DNA of 64,000 nucleotides from an uncultured Chloroflexia bacterium (GCA_963728205.1 CAVSIV010000002.1:576001-640000); one strand, 5' to 3'; shown: positions 1 to 10,013, counted from the stretch's first letter. The notes: a model not told the origin generated them from the sequence alone. Numbers and translations: made by a program.

Positions 1-818
1 GGCGGCCGCGCGATGTCGCGCAGGCTCGGCCGGATGTCGCCGGCCTGCAGGAACGCCAGCAGGTCCTTCGCGTAGATCACGCCGACGATGCGGTCGAGCG
101 ATTCCTCGTAGAGCGGGATGCGGCTGAAGCCGGAGTCGATGATCACGCGCATCACGTCGGGCACCGACGCGTCGACGTCGATGGCGGTGAGGTCCGTGCG
201 CGGGGTCATCAACTCGCGCACCGTCTGCTCGGACATCTCGAGCACGCCGCGCATCATGCGCCGCTCCTCGGCGAGCGAGGTGTCCTCGGGCTCCAGCTCG
301 AGGAGCGCGGCGAGCTCCTCGCTCGGATCGTGCTCGCCCGTGGCGGCGCGCCCGGCGATGCGCAGCAGCGCGTTCGACGGCGCGGAGGCGAGCCAGGCGA
401 GCGGCATGAACAGCAGCTGCATCGCCGCGATCGGACGCACGAGTCGCAGCCCCCACGACTCCGCCTCGAGCATGACGACCGCGCGCGTGGTCTGCCGCAG
501 CAGCGTGACGACGACGATCGACACCGCCGCGACGACCACGGTGCCGAGGGCGGTGAGCGACCGGCCGTGCAGCACCGCGTAGCCCGTCGCCACCGTGCCG
601 ATCACGATCACCGCGCTCGACCCGACGCTGAGGTTGCGCAGCACCTGCTCCCGATGGCGGACGTAGCGATGAAGCAGCGCCGCCAGCCCGTTGGTCGCGC
701 CATTGCGAACGCGCGCGCGGCTGATGGCGGTGACCCCCGCCTCGGCCGCCGCGATCAGCACGAGCAGCGCGGCGGCGACCGCCAGGATCAGGAGGGTGAC
801 GAGCAAGCTGGTATCCAA
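1..818 (-). CDS. HlyC/CorC (CNNM/DUF21 + CBS) family transporter-associated protein, 3' end outside window
   Basis: Manual translation from TTG at 818: MDTSLLVTLLILAVAAALLVLIAAAEAGVTA...VRELMTPRTDL...SGFSRIPLYEESLDRIVGVIYAKDLL, typical hemolysin/CBS motifs. Absent from ORF track because it is truncated by the window edge. Confidence 0.88.
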   Translation of the reverse strand, partial: MDTSLLVTLLILAVAAALLVLIAAAEAGVTAISRARVRNGATNGLAALLHRYVRHREQVLRNLSVGSSAVIVIGTVATGYAVLHGRSLTALGTVVVAAVSIVVVTLLRQTTRAVVMLEAESWGLRLVRPIAAMQLLFMPLAWLASAPSNALLRIAGRAATGEHDPSEELAALLELEPEDTSLAEERRMMRGVLEMSEQTVRELMTPRTDLTAIDVDASVPDVMRVIIDSGFSRIPLYEESLDRIVGVIYAKDLLAFLQAGDIRPSLRDIARP

Positions 819-2248
819 AACGCAGTCAGGCGTGAGCGGGGGCTAGCCGCCGGCCCCGGTTCCTCCCTTTCCCCACCGGCGCGGGCCCGCGCCGGGACGC
901 CCATCACGAGCGTCCCCGGCGGTACGTCGCGCGTGACGACCGACCCCGCGGCCGTGCGCGCGCCCGCTCCGAGCTCCACGGGAGCGACGAGCACCGAGTC
1001 GCTGCCGATGAACGCGCCGTCCCCGACGCGCGTCCGGTGCTTCGCCTCTCCATCGTAATTTGCGGTGATTGTCCCTGCGCCGACGTTCACGTCGGCGCCC
1101 ACGTCGGCGTCGCCGATGTACGAGAAGTGCCCCACGGCCGTGCGCGCACCGATGCGCGAGGCCTTCACCTCGACGTAGTTCCCGAGGTGCGCGCCGCGCT
1201 CGATCACCGCGCCGGGACGCAGATGGCAGTACGGCCCGACGGTCACGTCGTCCGCCAGCGTCGCCCCCTCGAGCGTCGAGCCGTCGATCTCGCAGCCGGC
1301 GCCGACGACGGTGTCGCGCAGCACGGCGTTCGGCCCGACGCGGCAGCCTGCGCCGAGGCGCGTGCGACCGAGCAGGTAGGTACCCGGGAAGATCGTGGTG
1401 TCCGCGCCGACCGTCACGCCGGCGTCGACGTAGGTGGCAGGCGGGTCGATCAGCGTGACGCCCTCGTCCATCAACCGGCGGCGGATGCGCTCGCGCAGCA
1501 GCTGGTCGCTCTTGGCGAGGTCGGCCCGTGTGTTCACCTGCTGGACCTCGGCCGCCTCCTGCGCCTGGTAGGTCTGCACGCCGCCGTCGCGCACGGCCCG
1601 CGCAATCAGGTCCCCGAGGTTGCGCTCGCCGCGCGGCCCGGCCTCGAGCGCGACGAGGCTCGCCCACAGCCACGACGCCTCGGCGGCGTAGAGGCCGACG
1701 CTCACCTCGGGCTCCCCGCGCGTGACGGCGTCGGTCTCCGCGTCCTCGACGATCCCGTCGATGCGGCCGTTGCGACGCACGACGCGCGCGTACCCGGTGG
1801 GGTCGTCCAAGTAGGCGGAGAGGAACGTCAGCACGGCGCCGCTCGCGAGGTGCCGCTCGGCCGTCTCGCGCAGCGTGCGCACGGTGATCAGCGGCAGGTC
1901 GGCGTTCACGATCAGCAGGCGGCCGGCCTCGCCGACCGACTGGCGCGCGGCGAGCGCCGCGTGGCCGGTGCCGAGCGGCTCGTCCTGCGTCGCGACCGCC
2001 ACGCCCGGCCCCACGGCCTCCGCGATCGCGTCGCGGTCGGCGCCGGCGACGACGGCGACGCGGCCGACGCCGGCCTCGCGGAGCGAGTCGCACACGAGGC
2101 GCACCATCGGCACGCCCGCCACGGGCTGCAGCACCTTCGAGCGTGCGGAGCGCATGCGCGTGCCGCGGCCCGCCGCGAGGACGATCGCCGACCAGCCGTC
2201 GAGAGCGACGGCGCCGGCGCGGGGACTATGGGGGAACGGATCGCTCAT
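788..2248 (-). CDS. glmU: Bifunctional UDP-GlcNAc pyrophosphorylase / glucosamine-1-phosphate N-acetyltransferase
   Basis: LAAGRGTRMRS..KVL, QDEPLGTGHA, hexapeptide repeats, GNYVEVK, HFSYIGDA, NVGAGTITANYDG. Start placed at ATG 2248 (MSDPF), inside ORF 788..2512. Confidence 0.95.
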   Translation of the reverse strand: MSDPFPHSPRAGAVALDGWSAIVLAAGRGTRMRSARSKVLQPVAGVPMVRLVCDSLREAGVGRVAVVAGADRDAIAEAVGPGVAVATQDEPLGTGHAALAARQSVGEAGRLLIVNADLPLITVRTLRETAERHLASGAVLTFLSAYLDDPTGYARVVRRNGRIDGIVEDAETDAVTRGEPEVSVGLYAAEASWLWASLVALEAGPRGERNLGDLIARAVRDGGVQTYQAQEAAEVQQVNTRADLAKSDQLLRERIRRRLMDEGVTLIDPPATYVDAGVTVGADTTIFPGTYLLGRTRLGAGCRVGPNAVLRDTVVGAGCEIDGSTLEGATLADDVTVGPYCHLRPGAVIERGAHLGNYVEVKASRIGARTAVGHFSYIGDADVGADVNVGAGTITANYDGEAKHRTRVGDGAFIGSDSVLVAPVELGAGARTAAGSVVTRDVPPGTLVMGVPARARAGGEREEPGPAASPRSRLTAFWIPACSSPS

Positions 2249-2392
2249 CTCGCGACGCGGCCCGAACGGGCGGTCGGAGGGCGGGCGGACGCCGGGCGGA
2301 GCGGACGCGGCGGAGCCGAGTGGTCGCAGCTGATGATCGTCACCTCGAGCCGGCCCCACTGCGCGAGCGCGCGAGGCGCCAACGCTCGAAAA

Positions 2393-2422
2393 TTGACCGG
2401 CAAATCGTGCCCATTCTACACT
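2393..2422 (+). promoter_or_regulatory. Putative sigma70-type promoter for alaS operon
   Basis: TTGACC (2393-2398), 18 nt spacer, TACACT (2417-2422) in an AT-richer intergenic patch. Confidence 0.6.
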
Positions 2423-2529
2423 CCGGCGACGCCTCGACTCTAGCCTGCGGGGGACACGTTTCGACCGAACCCGCCGAGCGCGCGGCCCCCACGCCGCGCC
2501 CGGCGCCGGCACGACAAGGACGCGCGGCA

Positions 2530-5205
2530 GTGACCATCGACGAACTGCGTCGCGCCTTCCTCGAGTTCTTCGAAGCGCGCGGCCACCGCCGCATCCCCTC
2601 CTCGTCGCTCGTCCCGCACGGCGATCCCACGCTGCTCTTCACCACCGCCGGCATGGTGCAGTTCAAGCCCTACTTCATGGGGCTCGAAGAGCCGCCGGCG
2701 TCGCGCCTCACCTCGATCCAGCGCTGCTTCCGCACCGTCGACGTCGAGAACATCGGCGACGCCAGCCACCTCACGCTGTTCGAGATGCTCGGCAACTTCT
2801 CCGTCGGCGACTACTTCAAGCCCGACGCCATCGCGTGGGCGTGGGAGTTCGTCACCGGGGTGCTCGGCGTCGACCCCGATCGCCTCTACGCCACCGTCTT
2901 CACCGACGACGACGAGGCGTTCGACCTCTGGCGGGCGCAGGGCGTGCCGGCGGAGCGCATCCTTCGCTACAACGCCGAGCAGGGGAACTGGTGGGGGCCG
3001 CCGGGCGATAGCGGCCCCTGCGGGCCGTGCTCCGAGCTGCACTACGACTGGGGCGAGATGCCCGGCTGCGCGCACTGCACCGACGGCACCTGCCACCCGG
3101 ATATCGAATGCGGGCGCTTCCTCGAGATCTGGAACCTCGTCTTCATGACGCTCTACCAGGACGACGACGGCACGCGCACGCCGCTGCCGGCGGCGAACAT
3201 CGACACCGGAGCGGGGCTGGAGCGGCTGAACTCCGTGCTCGTCGGCGCGCGCAGCGTCTACGAGACCGACGAGCTGCGCGGCATCGTCGCGCGTGCCGAG
3301 GAGGTCTCGCACCGCCGCTACGACCCCGACGAGAGCCCCGAGGTCGCTCGCGCGCTGCGCTCGATCGCCGAGCACTCGCGCGCGATCGCGTTCCTCGTCA
3401 CCGACGGCGTGCTGCCGAGCAACGAGGGCCGCGGCTACGTGCTGCGCCGCGTGCTGCGCCGCGCCGTCTACTTCGGCCACCGCATCGGGCTGCGCGAGCC
3501 GTTCCTCGACCGCACCGTCGACGCCGCGATCGAGGCCTCGCTCGCGGCGAACCCGGAGCTCGCGGAGCAGCGCGAGTTCATCCGCCGCGTCGCGGCCGTC
3601 GAGGAGGCACGCTTCACGGCGGCCCTCGCGCGCGGCCTAGAGCTGCTCGACGACGTGATCGAGCGCGAAGCCGCGACGAAGCGCATCCCCGGCCGCGATA
3701 TGTTCGTGCTCTACGACACGCACGGCCTGCCGCCCGAGCTCACCCGCGAGGTGGCCACGTCGCGCGGGTACGCGGTCGACGACGAGGGCTTCGAGCGCGA
3801 GATGGCCGCGCAGCGCGAGCGCTCGCGCGGGCAGGCGGACTTCGGCGGCGTCGAGGACGATCGCGCGCTGCGCTACGCCGCCCTCGGCGTCGAATCGAAG
3901 TTCCGCGGCTACGAGACGCTCGAGACGCAGTCGGAGGTGATTGCGCTCGCGCTCGACGGCCGCCCGGTCGACCGGCTGGAGGCCGGTGCCGAGGGCGAGC
4001 TCGCGCTCGCGGCGACGAGCTTCTATCCGGAGGGCGGCGGCCAGGTCGGCGATCACGGCGAGATCGTGACGCCGGGCGGCCGCTTCGAGGTGCGCGACAC
4101 GCAGCGCCTCGGCGAGGCGATCGTGCACGTCGGCCGCGTGACCGAAGGTGCGATCGCGACGGGCGACGTGGCGGAGGCACGCGTCGACCCGACGTGGCGC
4201 AACGGCTCCGCACGCAACCACACGGGCACGCACCTGCTGCACGCCGCGCTGCGCGAGGTGCTCGGCACGCACGTGCGGCAGGCCGGCTCCTACGTCGGCC
4301 CCGACCGCCTCCGTTTCGATTACACGCATCCCGAGGCGCCGAGCGCGGAGCAGATGCGCCGCATCCAGCGCATCGTGAACCAGAAGATTCGCGAGGACAT
4401 CGCGCGCGAGACGCTGGTCCTGCCGTATGAGGAGGCGATCGAACGCGGGGCGCTTGCCTTTTTCGAGGACCGTTACACGAGCGAAGTGCGCATGGTCGAG
4501 TACTGCGAGGCGCGCGGCCACGGCCACGAGCACACCGCGCGCTGCTTCAGCCGCGAGCTCTGCGGGGGCACGCATCTCCACTCCACGGGCGAGGTCGGCT
4601 TCCTGCAGGTCGTGAGCGACTCGAGCATCGGCGCCGGCCTGCGTCGCATCGAGGCCGTGACCGGACCGGAGGCCGAGCGCTTCGTCGAGGAGCGCATGGA
4701 CGCGCTGAACGCGCTCTCGCGACGCTTCCGCGTCCCGCCGCTCGAGGTGCTCGCGCGGGTCGACGCCATGGAGGCGCAGCTCGCCGCCGAGCGCAAGCGG
4801 GCGGAGGACGCCGAGCGGCGCGTGTCGGCCGGCACGGCCGACGATCTCGCGGCACAGGCCGAGACGATCGTGGGCACGCACGTGCTCGTCGCGCGCGTCG
4901 AGGTGGAGTCGGCCGATGCGCTGCGACCGATGGTCGACCGCCTGCGCGCTAAGCTCGGCAGCGCGTTCATTACGCTGGGCGCAGACGTCGGAGGTCGGCC
5001 GATGTTCATCGCCGCCGCCACGGACGACGTGGTGGCACGCGGACTGCGGGCGGACGAGGTGGTGCGCGCCGCCGCAGCACTTACCGGTGGGGGCGGGGGC
5101 GGACGCCCGCAGATGGCACAGGCCGGGGGCCGCGACGCGTCGCGGCTCGACGACGCCCTCGAGGTCGCACGACGCACGGCCCGGGAGCGCCTGGCCGGGA
5201 AGTAG
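2530..5205 (+). CDS. alaS: Alanine--tRNA ligase
   Basis: DPTLLFTTAGMVQFK, GPCGPCSE, EIWNLVF, IDTGAGLER, editing motifs NHTGTHLL and ELCGGTH, C-terminal GGGGGRPQMAQAGG. GTG start at 2530. Confidence 0.98.
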   Translation: MTIDELRRAFLEFFEARGHRRIPSSSLVPHGDPTLLFTTAGMVQFKPYFMGLEEPPASRLTSIQRCFRTVDVENIGDASHLTLFEMLGNFSVGDYFKPDAIAWAWEFVTGVLGVDPDRLYATVFTDDDEAFDLWRAQGVPAERILRYNAEQGNWWGPPGDSGPCGPCSELHYDWGEMPGCAHCTDGTCHPDIECGRFLEIWNLVFMTLYQDDDGTRTPLPAANIDTGAGLERLNSVLVGARSVYETDELRGIVARAEEVSHRRYDPDESPEVARALRSIAEHSRAIAFLVTDGVLPSNEGRGYVLRRVLRRAVYFGHRIGLREPFLDRTVDAAIEASLAANPELAEQREFIRRVAAVEEARFTAALARGLELLDDVIEREAATKRIPGRDMFVLYDTHGLPPELTREVATSRGYAVDDEGFEREMAAQRERSRGQADFGGVEDDRALRYAALGVESKFRGYETLETQSEVIALALDGRPVDRLEAGAEGELALAATSFYPEGGGQVGDHGEIVTPGGRFEVRDTQRLGEAIVHVGRVTEGAIATGDVAEARVDPTWRNGSARNHTGTHLLHAALREVLGTHVRQAGSYVGPDRLRFDYTHPEAPSAEQMRRIQRIVNQKIREDIARETLVLPYEEAIERGALAFFEDRYTSEVRMVEYCEARGHGHEHTARCFSRELCGGTHLHSTGEVGFLQVVSDSSIGAGLRRIEAVTGPEAERFVEERMDALNALSRRFRVPPLEVLARVDAMEAQLAAERKRAEDAERRVSAGTADDLAAQAETIVGTHVLVARVEVESADALRPMVDRLRAKLGSAFITLGADVGGRPMFIAAATDDVVARGLRADEVVRAAAALTGGGGGGRPQMAQAGGRDASRLDDALEVARRTARERLAGK

Positions 5206-5211
5206 CCCGCC

Positions 5212-6888
5212 ATGTCCCAGACGCCCGACCCCATGCAGGATGCCGTCCGCCGGTTCCGCACGGCCGCGGCCGCGACCGGCCGCTGGCTGCGGGCGGCCGC
5301 GCAAGCCGCCGGCCGCGGCGCGCGCCGCGCCTGGCTCTACCACCCGCGGCTCCTGCCGCCCGAGCCGATGCGCGACCCCTACGCGACGGTGATCGCGGCC
5401 GACGACGACGACCTCGCGTCGGTCACCGGCCGCATCGACACCGCGCCGGCGATGAACGTCGTCCTCGTGATCCCCGCGCGCGCCCGCGGGCTGCGCGAGG
5501 CGGGCATCTGGCCCCACGTCGCCGCGCACGTGCGGCGCCGCGGGATCGCCCTCGGCGTCGTCTGCACGCGACGCGACGTGCGCGGCTACGCGCGCGAGAA
5601 CGGCCTCGCCGCCGCACGCTCGATCGCGCGCCTCTTCGCTCCGGCGCGCCGCCGCGTCGCGTTCGGCGATTACGCGGTCGTCATCCCGCATCTGCCGGCG
5701 CGCCGCGTCAGCACCGCCGTGATCGCGCTCGCACTCGTCGTCGCAGTCGGCTTCGTCGGCTGCGTCGCCGTGCCGTCCGCGCAGGTCGTCCTCGTCCCGC
5801 AGGGCCAGGCACTGACGACGTCGCTCCAGGTGCGGCTGAGCACGATCGCCAACACCAGCGACCTCAGCAACGCGCTCGCGCCGGCGTCGCCGCTGCGCAT
5901 CGTCGTGCACACCGTCGTCTCCACGACCGCGACCGGGAAGGCGGACATCCCCGACCAGGCGGCCACCGTGGATCTGACGGTGGAGAACGGGTCGGGCGGC
6001 GCGTTGACCGTGCCCGCCGGAACGCGCGTGACGACCGACGACGGCATCGCGTTCGCGACCACTGGCGCGATCGACGTCCCGCCGAAGCAGCTCGGCACCG
6101 TATCGGCCGCGGCGATCCAGCCCGGCACCGGCGGCAACGTGAAGGCCGGCGCGCTCACCCACGCCGAGGGGCTCGCGGACGGCGTGACGATCACCAACCG
6201 GCGCGCGGCGACCGGTGGGACGGACAAGGCCGTCTCCGCCGTCTCGCAGGACGACTTCGATCGCATCGGCGGCATCGCGACCGAGGTGCTGCGCCGCGTC
6301 GCGGAGCGCGAGCTCGCGGCGACGATGAGCGACAGCGGAACGGTCTTCCCCCAGACCGTGAACGTCGCGATCCTGAGCCAGACGCCGCTCACGAACGTCG
6401 GCGACCCGGCGGATGCCGTGATGATGGAGTACCGGGCCGTGGCGACCGCGCTCGCGCTGCCCGAGGACACGCTCCGCACGCTCGCGGAGGAGATGCTGCA
6501 GCGCGCGGCCCCGCCGGGCTACACGGTGCTGCCGGGCACCGCCGACGCGCGCGTGATCGGCGACGCCTCCGCCGACAAGTCCGGCGCGGTCGACGTGCGA
6601 CTGCGGGCAACCGGCAGCGTCGTGCCGGAGCTCGCGGCGACCAGCCTGCGCGCGGCGATCGCGGGGGAGCGTCCCGGCACGGCGGCCGCTCAGCTCCAGG
6701 AGCGGCTGCACCTGCAGTCGCCGCCGGAGATCCACCTGACCCCCGAGATCGTCCCGTGGCAGTGGCTGCCGCGGCGCGCGAGCCGCATCTCGATCGTCCT
6801 CGGTGCGCCGGCCACCCCGGAGCCGACGCCGACCGCGACACCCACCCCCGTGTCGACCGCCGTCACCACCGCGGCGCTGACGCAGTGA
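5212..6888 (+). CDS. Membrane-anchored baseplate J/gp47-like domain protein
   Basis: N-terminal alpha/beta domain, one TM helix (VIALALVVAVGFVGCVAVP), then TVPAGTRVTTDDGIAFATT...AIQPGTGGNVKAGALT...VTITNRRAATGGTD resembling Baseplate_J; Pro/Thr-rich tail. Confidence 0.75.
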   Translation: MSQTPDPMQDAVRRFRTAAAATGRWLRAAAQAAGRGARRAWLYHPRLLPPEPMRDPYATVIAADDDDLASVTGRIDTAPAMNVVLVIPARARGLREAGIWPHVAAHVRRRGIALGVVCTRRDVRGYARENGLAAARSIARLFAPARRRVAFGDYAVVIPHLPARRVSTAVIALALVVAVGFVGCVAVPSAQVVLVPQGQALTTSLQVRLSTIANTSDLSNALAPASPLRIVVHTVVSTTATGKADIPDQAATVDLTVENGSGGALTVPAGTRVTTDDGIAFATTGAIDVPPKQLGTVSAAAIQPGTGGNVKAGALTHAEGLADGVTITNRRAATGGTDKAVSAVSQDDFDRIGGIATEVLRRVAERELAATMSDSGTVFPQTVNVAILSQTPLTNVGDPADAVMMEYRAVATALALPEDTLRTLAEEMLQRAAPPGYTVLPGTADARVIGDASADKSGAVDVRLRATGSVVPELAATSLRAAIAGERPGTAAAQLQERLHLQSPPEIHLTPEIVPWQWLPRRASRISIVLGAPATPEPTPTATPTPVSTAVTTAALTQ

Positions 6889-7304
6889 CGCAGGTGCGGT
6901 GGCTGGGCGTCGATGCGGGCGAGGCGCGCGTCGGGCTCGCAATCTGCGACCCGGACGAGCGCATCGCCGTGCCGCTCGAGATCGTCCCCGCCTCCGCCGC
7001 CTTCCCCGCGATTCGCGCGATCGTCGCGCGGGAGGACGTGCGCGGGCTCGTGGTCGGCCTGCCGCTGACGATGGCCGGCGCCGAGGGCGAAGCCGCGCGC
7101 ATGGCGCGCCGGCTCGGTGAGCGCATCGCCCGCGCGCTCGCGCTGCCGGTGGAGTACGAGGACGAGCGTCTCACCACCGTCGCGGCCGAGGAGCGCAGCC
7201 TGCGCCGCGGCCACCAGGACGACCTCGCGGCCGCAATCCTGCTGCAGCAGTTCCTCGACCACCGCCGAACGACACGGACCCCGGGTGGCCATGCCCCGGC
7301 GTGA
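6885..7304 (+). CDS. ruvX: RuvX/YqgF pre-16S rRNA nuclease / resolvase-like protein
   Basis: LGVDAGEARVGLA, VVGLP, DERLTT, DDLAAAILLQ. GTGA overlap with upstream stop. Confidence 0.93.
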   Translation: MTQVRWLGVDAGEARVGLAICDPDERIAVPLEIVPASAAFPAIRAIVAREDVRGLVVGLPLTMAGAEGEAARMARRLGERIARALALPVEYEDERLTTVAAEERSLRRGHQDDLAAAILLQQFLDHRRTTRTPGGHAPA

Positions 7305-8388
7305 CGCGCGCACCGTCGCGCTCGTCGCGCTCGGTGCGTGGACGCTGATCGTCGCGGGCGCGCTGGGGGCGCTCCTCGCGCGCACGCCGGCGCGCGTCGC
7401 CGCGGCGATCGCCGCCGGGCACGCGCCCACCGAAGCGCCGCCCTCGACGCAGACCGTCGAGATCGTGGTCGACCGGGGCGCATCGGCGGATGACATCGCG
7501 AAGCAGCTCGTGCAGCAGGGCGTGCTCGACAACGACGCACGCTTCGCGACGCTCCTCGCGCTCACGGGCGTCGGCGCGCAGCTGCAGGCGGGGCGCTACG
7601 AGCTGCCGGCACACACCCCGGCCTCGGAGGTGCTGCGCCGGCTGCAGCTCGGGCTCACCGCGCAGCACCTCGTCGCGGTACCCGAGGGCCTGCGGCTCGA
7701 GGAGATCGGCGCGATCTTCGTGAAGCAGGGCGTCTTCACGCAGGAGCAGTGGGATGCGGCGCTTGCGAAGCCGCACGACGAGCCGTTCCTCGCGGACCGG
7801 CCGGCGGACGCGTCGCTGAACGGCTACCTCCTGCCGGCGAGCTACCCCGTCACCACCAAGACCACCGCCGACGACGTCGTGCAGGCGATGCTCAAGCACT
7901 TCGGCGACCTCGTCACGCCGGACCTGATCGCCGATGCGAAGGCCCGCAACATGTCGCTGCACGAGGTCGTCACGCTCGCGTCGATCGTCGAGCGCGAGGC
8001 GGCGGTCGCGAAAGACCAGCCCCTGGTCGCGTCGGTCTTCCTCAACCGGCTCGACCAGGGGATCGCCCTGCAGGCCGACCCGACGGTCCAGTACGCGATC
8101 GCGACGCCGGAGAGCGTAAAGCAGTACGGCTGGTGGAAGCACGACCCGACGCCCGAGGACCTGCAGGTCGACTCGCCGTACAACACGTACCTCCACGCGG
8201 GCCTCCCGCCGGGCCCGATCTCGAACCCCGGCATCGACGCCATCAAGGCCGTGATCCGCGCGCCCAAGACCGACTACCTCTACTTCGTCGCCTCCCCCGC
8301 GTGCGACGGAACGCACCGCTTCGCCGCTACGCTCGCCGAGCACAACGCGAACGTGCAGGCGTACCTGCAGTCGCCGTGCGGGCAGTGA
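7291..8388 (+). CDS. mltG: Endolytic transglycosylase MltG (YceG family)
   Basis: N-terminal TM; LASIVERE, VFLNRL, LQADPTVQY, SPYNTY, GLPPGPISNPG, YLYFV. Confidence 0.95.
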   Translation: MPRRDARTVALVALGAWTLIVAGALGALLARTPARVAAAIAAGHAPTEAPPSTQTVEIVVDRGASADDIAKQLVQQGVLDNDARFATLLALTGVGAQLQAGRYELPAHTPASEVLRRLQLGLTAQHLVAVPEGLRLEEIGAIFVKQGVFTQEQWDAALAKPHDEPFLADRPADASLNGYLLPASYPVTTKTTADDVVQAMLKHFGDLVTPDLIADAKARNMSLHEVVTLASIVEREAAVAKDQPLVASVFLNRLDQGIALQADPTVQYAIATPESVKQYGWWKHDPTPEDLQVDSPYNTYLHAGLPPGPISNPGIDAIKAVIRAPKTDYLYFVASPACDGTHRFAATLAEHNANVQAYLQSPCGQ

Positions 8389-8407
8389 CGGGCAGAGGAA
8401 CGGGCGC

Positions 8408-9256
8408 GTGACCCAGACCATCGCCCTGATCGGGCACCCCGTCGCGCACTCGCTGTCGCCGCACTTCCAGCAGGCCGCGCTCGACGCGCTCGCGATCGAC
8501 GCGCGCTACGAGGCGTGGGACGTCACGTCCGCCGACCTGCCGATCGCGGTCGAGCGGCTGCGCTCCGGCTCGCTGCTCGGCGCGAACGTGACCGTCCCGC
8601 ACAAGGTGGCGGTGATGCGGCTGATCGACCGGCCGGACGCGCTCGCCGAGCGCGTCGGCGCGGTGAACACGATCGTCCGGCGCGACGGCCTGCTGCAGGC
8701 GACGAACACCGACGTCGCGGGCGTGCGCCGCGCGCTGGCCGACGCCGGCGCGACCGTCGCCGGCGCGCGCGTCGTGCTGCTCGGCGCCGGCGGCGCCGCG
8801 CGCGCGGTCGTCGTCGCGCTGCGCGACGACGGCGCCGCGCACCTGACGATCGCGAACCGCACGCTCGACCGCGCGCGCGCGCTCGCGCGGCTCGGCGGCG
8901 AGTCGCTCGCGGTCGACGTGTGCGCGCTCGATGCCGCCGCGCCCGCGCTGCGCGCCGCCATGCGCGATGCACAGATCGTCGTGCAGGCGACGTCGCTCGG
9001 GCTGCCGCACGCGGCGGATGCCGATCGCTCGCCCGTGCCGGGCGACCTGTTCGTCGCCGGCCAGGTCGCGTTCGACCTGGTCTACGGCGCGGCGCCCACG
9101 CCGTTCCTGCGCGCGGCCGCGGCAGCCGGCGCGCGCACCGTGGACGGGCTCGCGATGCTCGTCCACCAGGGCGCGGAGTCGTTCCGCCTGTGGACGGGAC
9201 ACGAGCCTCCGCTTGACGTAATGTTCGCGGCCGCACAAGCCGCGCTCGCGTCCTGA
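8408..9256 (+). CDS. aroE: Shikimate dehydrogenase
   Basis: HSLSP, NVTVPHK, GAVNT, NTD, GAGGAARA, NRT, DLVY, GLAMLVHQG. Confidence 0.95.
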   Translation: MTQTIALIGHPVAHSLSPHFQQAALDALAIDARYEAWDVTSADLPIAVERLRSGSLLGANVTVPHKVAVMRLIDRPDALAERVGAVNTIVRRDGLLQATNTDVAGVRRALADAGATVAGARVVLLGAGGAARAVVVALRDDGAAHLTIANRTLDRARALARLGGESLAVDVCALDAAAPALRAAMRDAQIVVQATSLGLPHAADADRSPVPGDLFVAGQVAFDLVYGAAPTPFLRAAAAAGARTVDGLAMLVHQGAESFRLWTGHEPPLDVMFAAAQAALAS

Positions 9257-9338
9257 CTCGACGGCAGTCGACGGTCGCACGACACTGGCACGGCGCTGCG
9301 CCGCGTGCGCGGCGGTTCGGCGCCGGCAGGGAGCACTG

Positions 9339-10013
9339 ATGGGCCTCGGGTTCGCGATCGTGATGATCCTGCTCTTCGGGTCGCTGCTCGGCTTCATGGT
9401 CGTGCAGGCGAAGTTCGCCGCCCGCAAGTGGGAGCAGGTGCTCGCGGCCGGGGACCGCGATGCGCTCGACCAGCTGCTCGACGCCACCTTCGAGTCGTGG
9501 CGCGCCGGCCGCGCGCCGAAGGGCATGCCGCCGGCGGACTGGCGCGCGCTGCACACGGCGGCGGTGGTCGCCGCGGACCGCGAGCGCTGCCGCGTCTCGC
9601 TGATCGCCGGGCCGGACGTGCGGGTGATCGACGGCCGCCGGGTGGAGGTCGGCAGCGACCTCGACGTCGCGCGGCGCGCGGCCGTGCGCATGGCCGAGCG
9701 CATCTTCTACGAGATCCCACACGCCCACTTCGCACACGGGCAGGTCGACGTCTACGCCGAGTACCGCACGCCCGACGGCGAGCAGCACTCGACGTGCATT
9801 CTCACCACGCGCGCCTCGCGCGCCGAAGCGGCGGTCGCCGACTGGGACGCCGACGCCTCGGCGATCCTCGCGGACTGGCACACCGCAGCGTCGTCCGCGC
9901 GGGGCGGCGTCGACCCGGACGCCGACGCGCTGATCACCGAGGCCGAGGTCGACGCGGTCCGCGCCGCCGAGGAAGCCCTTCGCAACCAGCCACCGCAGGA
10001 GCCACGACGATGA
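9339..10013 (+). CDS. Hypothetical protein with N-terminal TM anchor
   Basis: GGGAG SD before ATG; hydrophobic N-terminus; GC3-rich codons; ATGA overlap with aroC. Confidence 0.8.
   Translation: MGLGFAIVMILLFGSLLGFMVVQAKFAARKWEQVLAAGDRDALDQLLDATFESWRAGRAPKGMPPADWRALHTAAVVAADRERCRVSLIAGPDVRVIDGRRVEVGSDLDVARRAAVRMAERIFYEIPHAHFAHGQVDVYAEYRTPDGEQHSTCILTTRASRAEAAVADWDADASAILADWHTAASSARGGVDPDADALITEAEVDAVRAAEEALRNQPPQEPRR

Noticed and set aside
788-880. glmU C-terminal extension overlapping the hlyC start by 31 nt as a further frameshift
   Set aside because: A TAG at 843-845 in another frame makes an indel possible, but the tail is unconserved, so it cannot be decided from sequence alone.
2250-2529. 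T-box leader for alaS (also checked before pheS)
   Set aside because: No GGTGGNACC motif or terminator was found.
5212-6888. Prophage, tailocin or T6SS locus
   Set aside because: No other tail, sheath, capsid or integrase genes; the gene has a TM anchor and is coupled to housekeeping genes.
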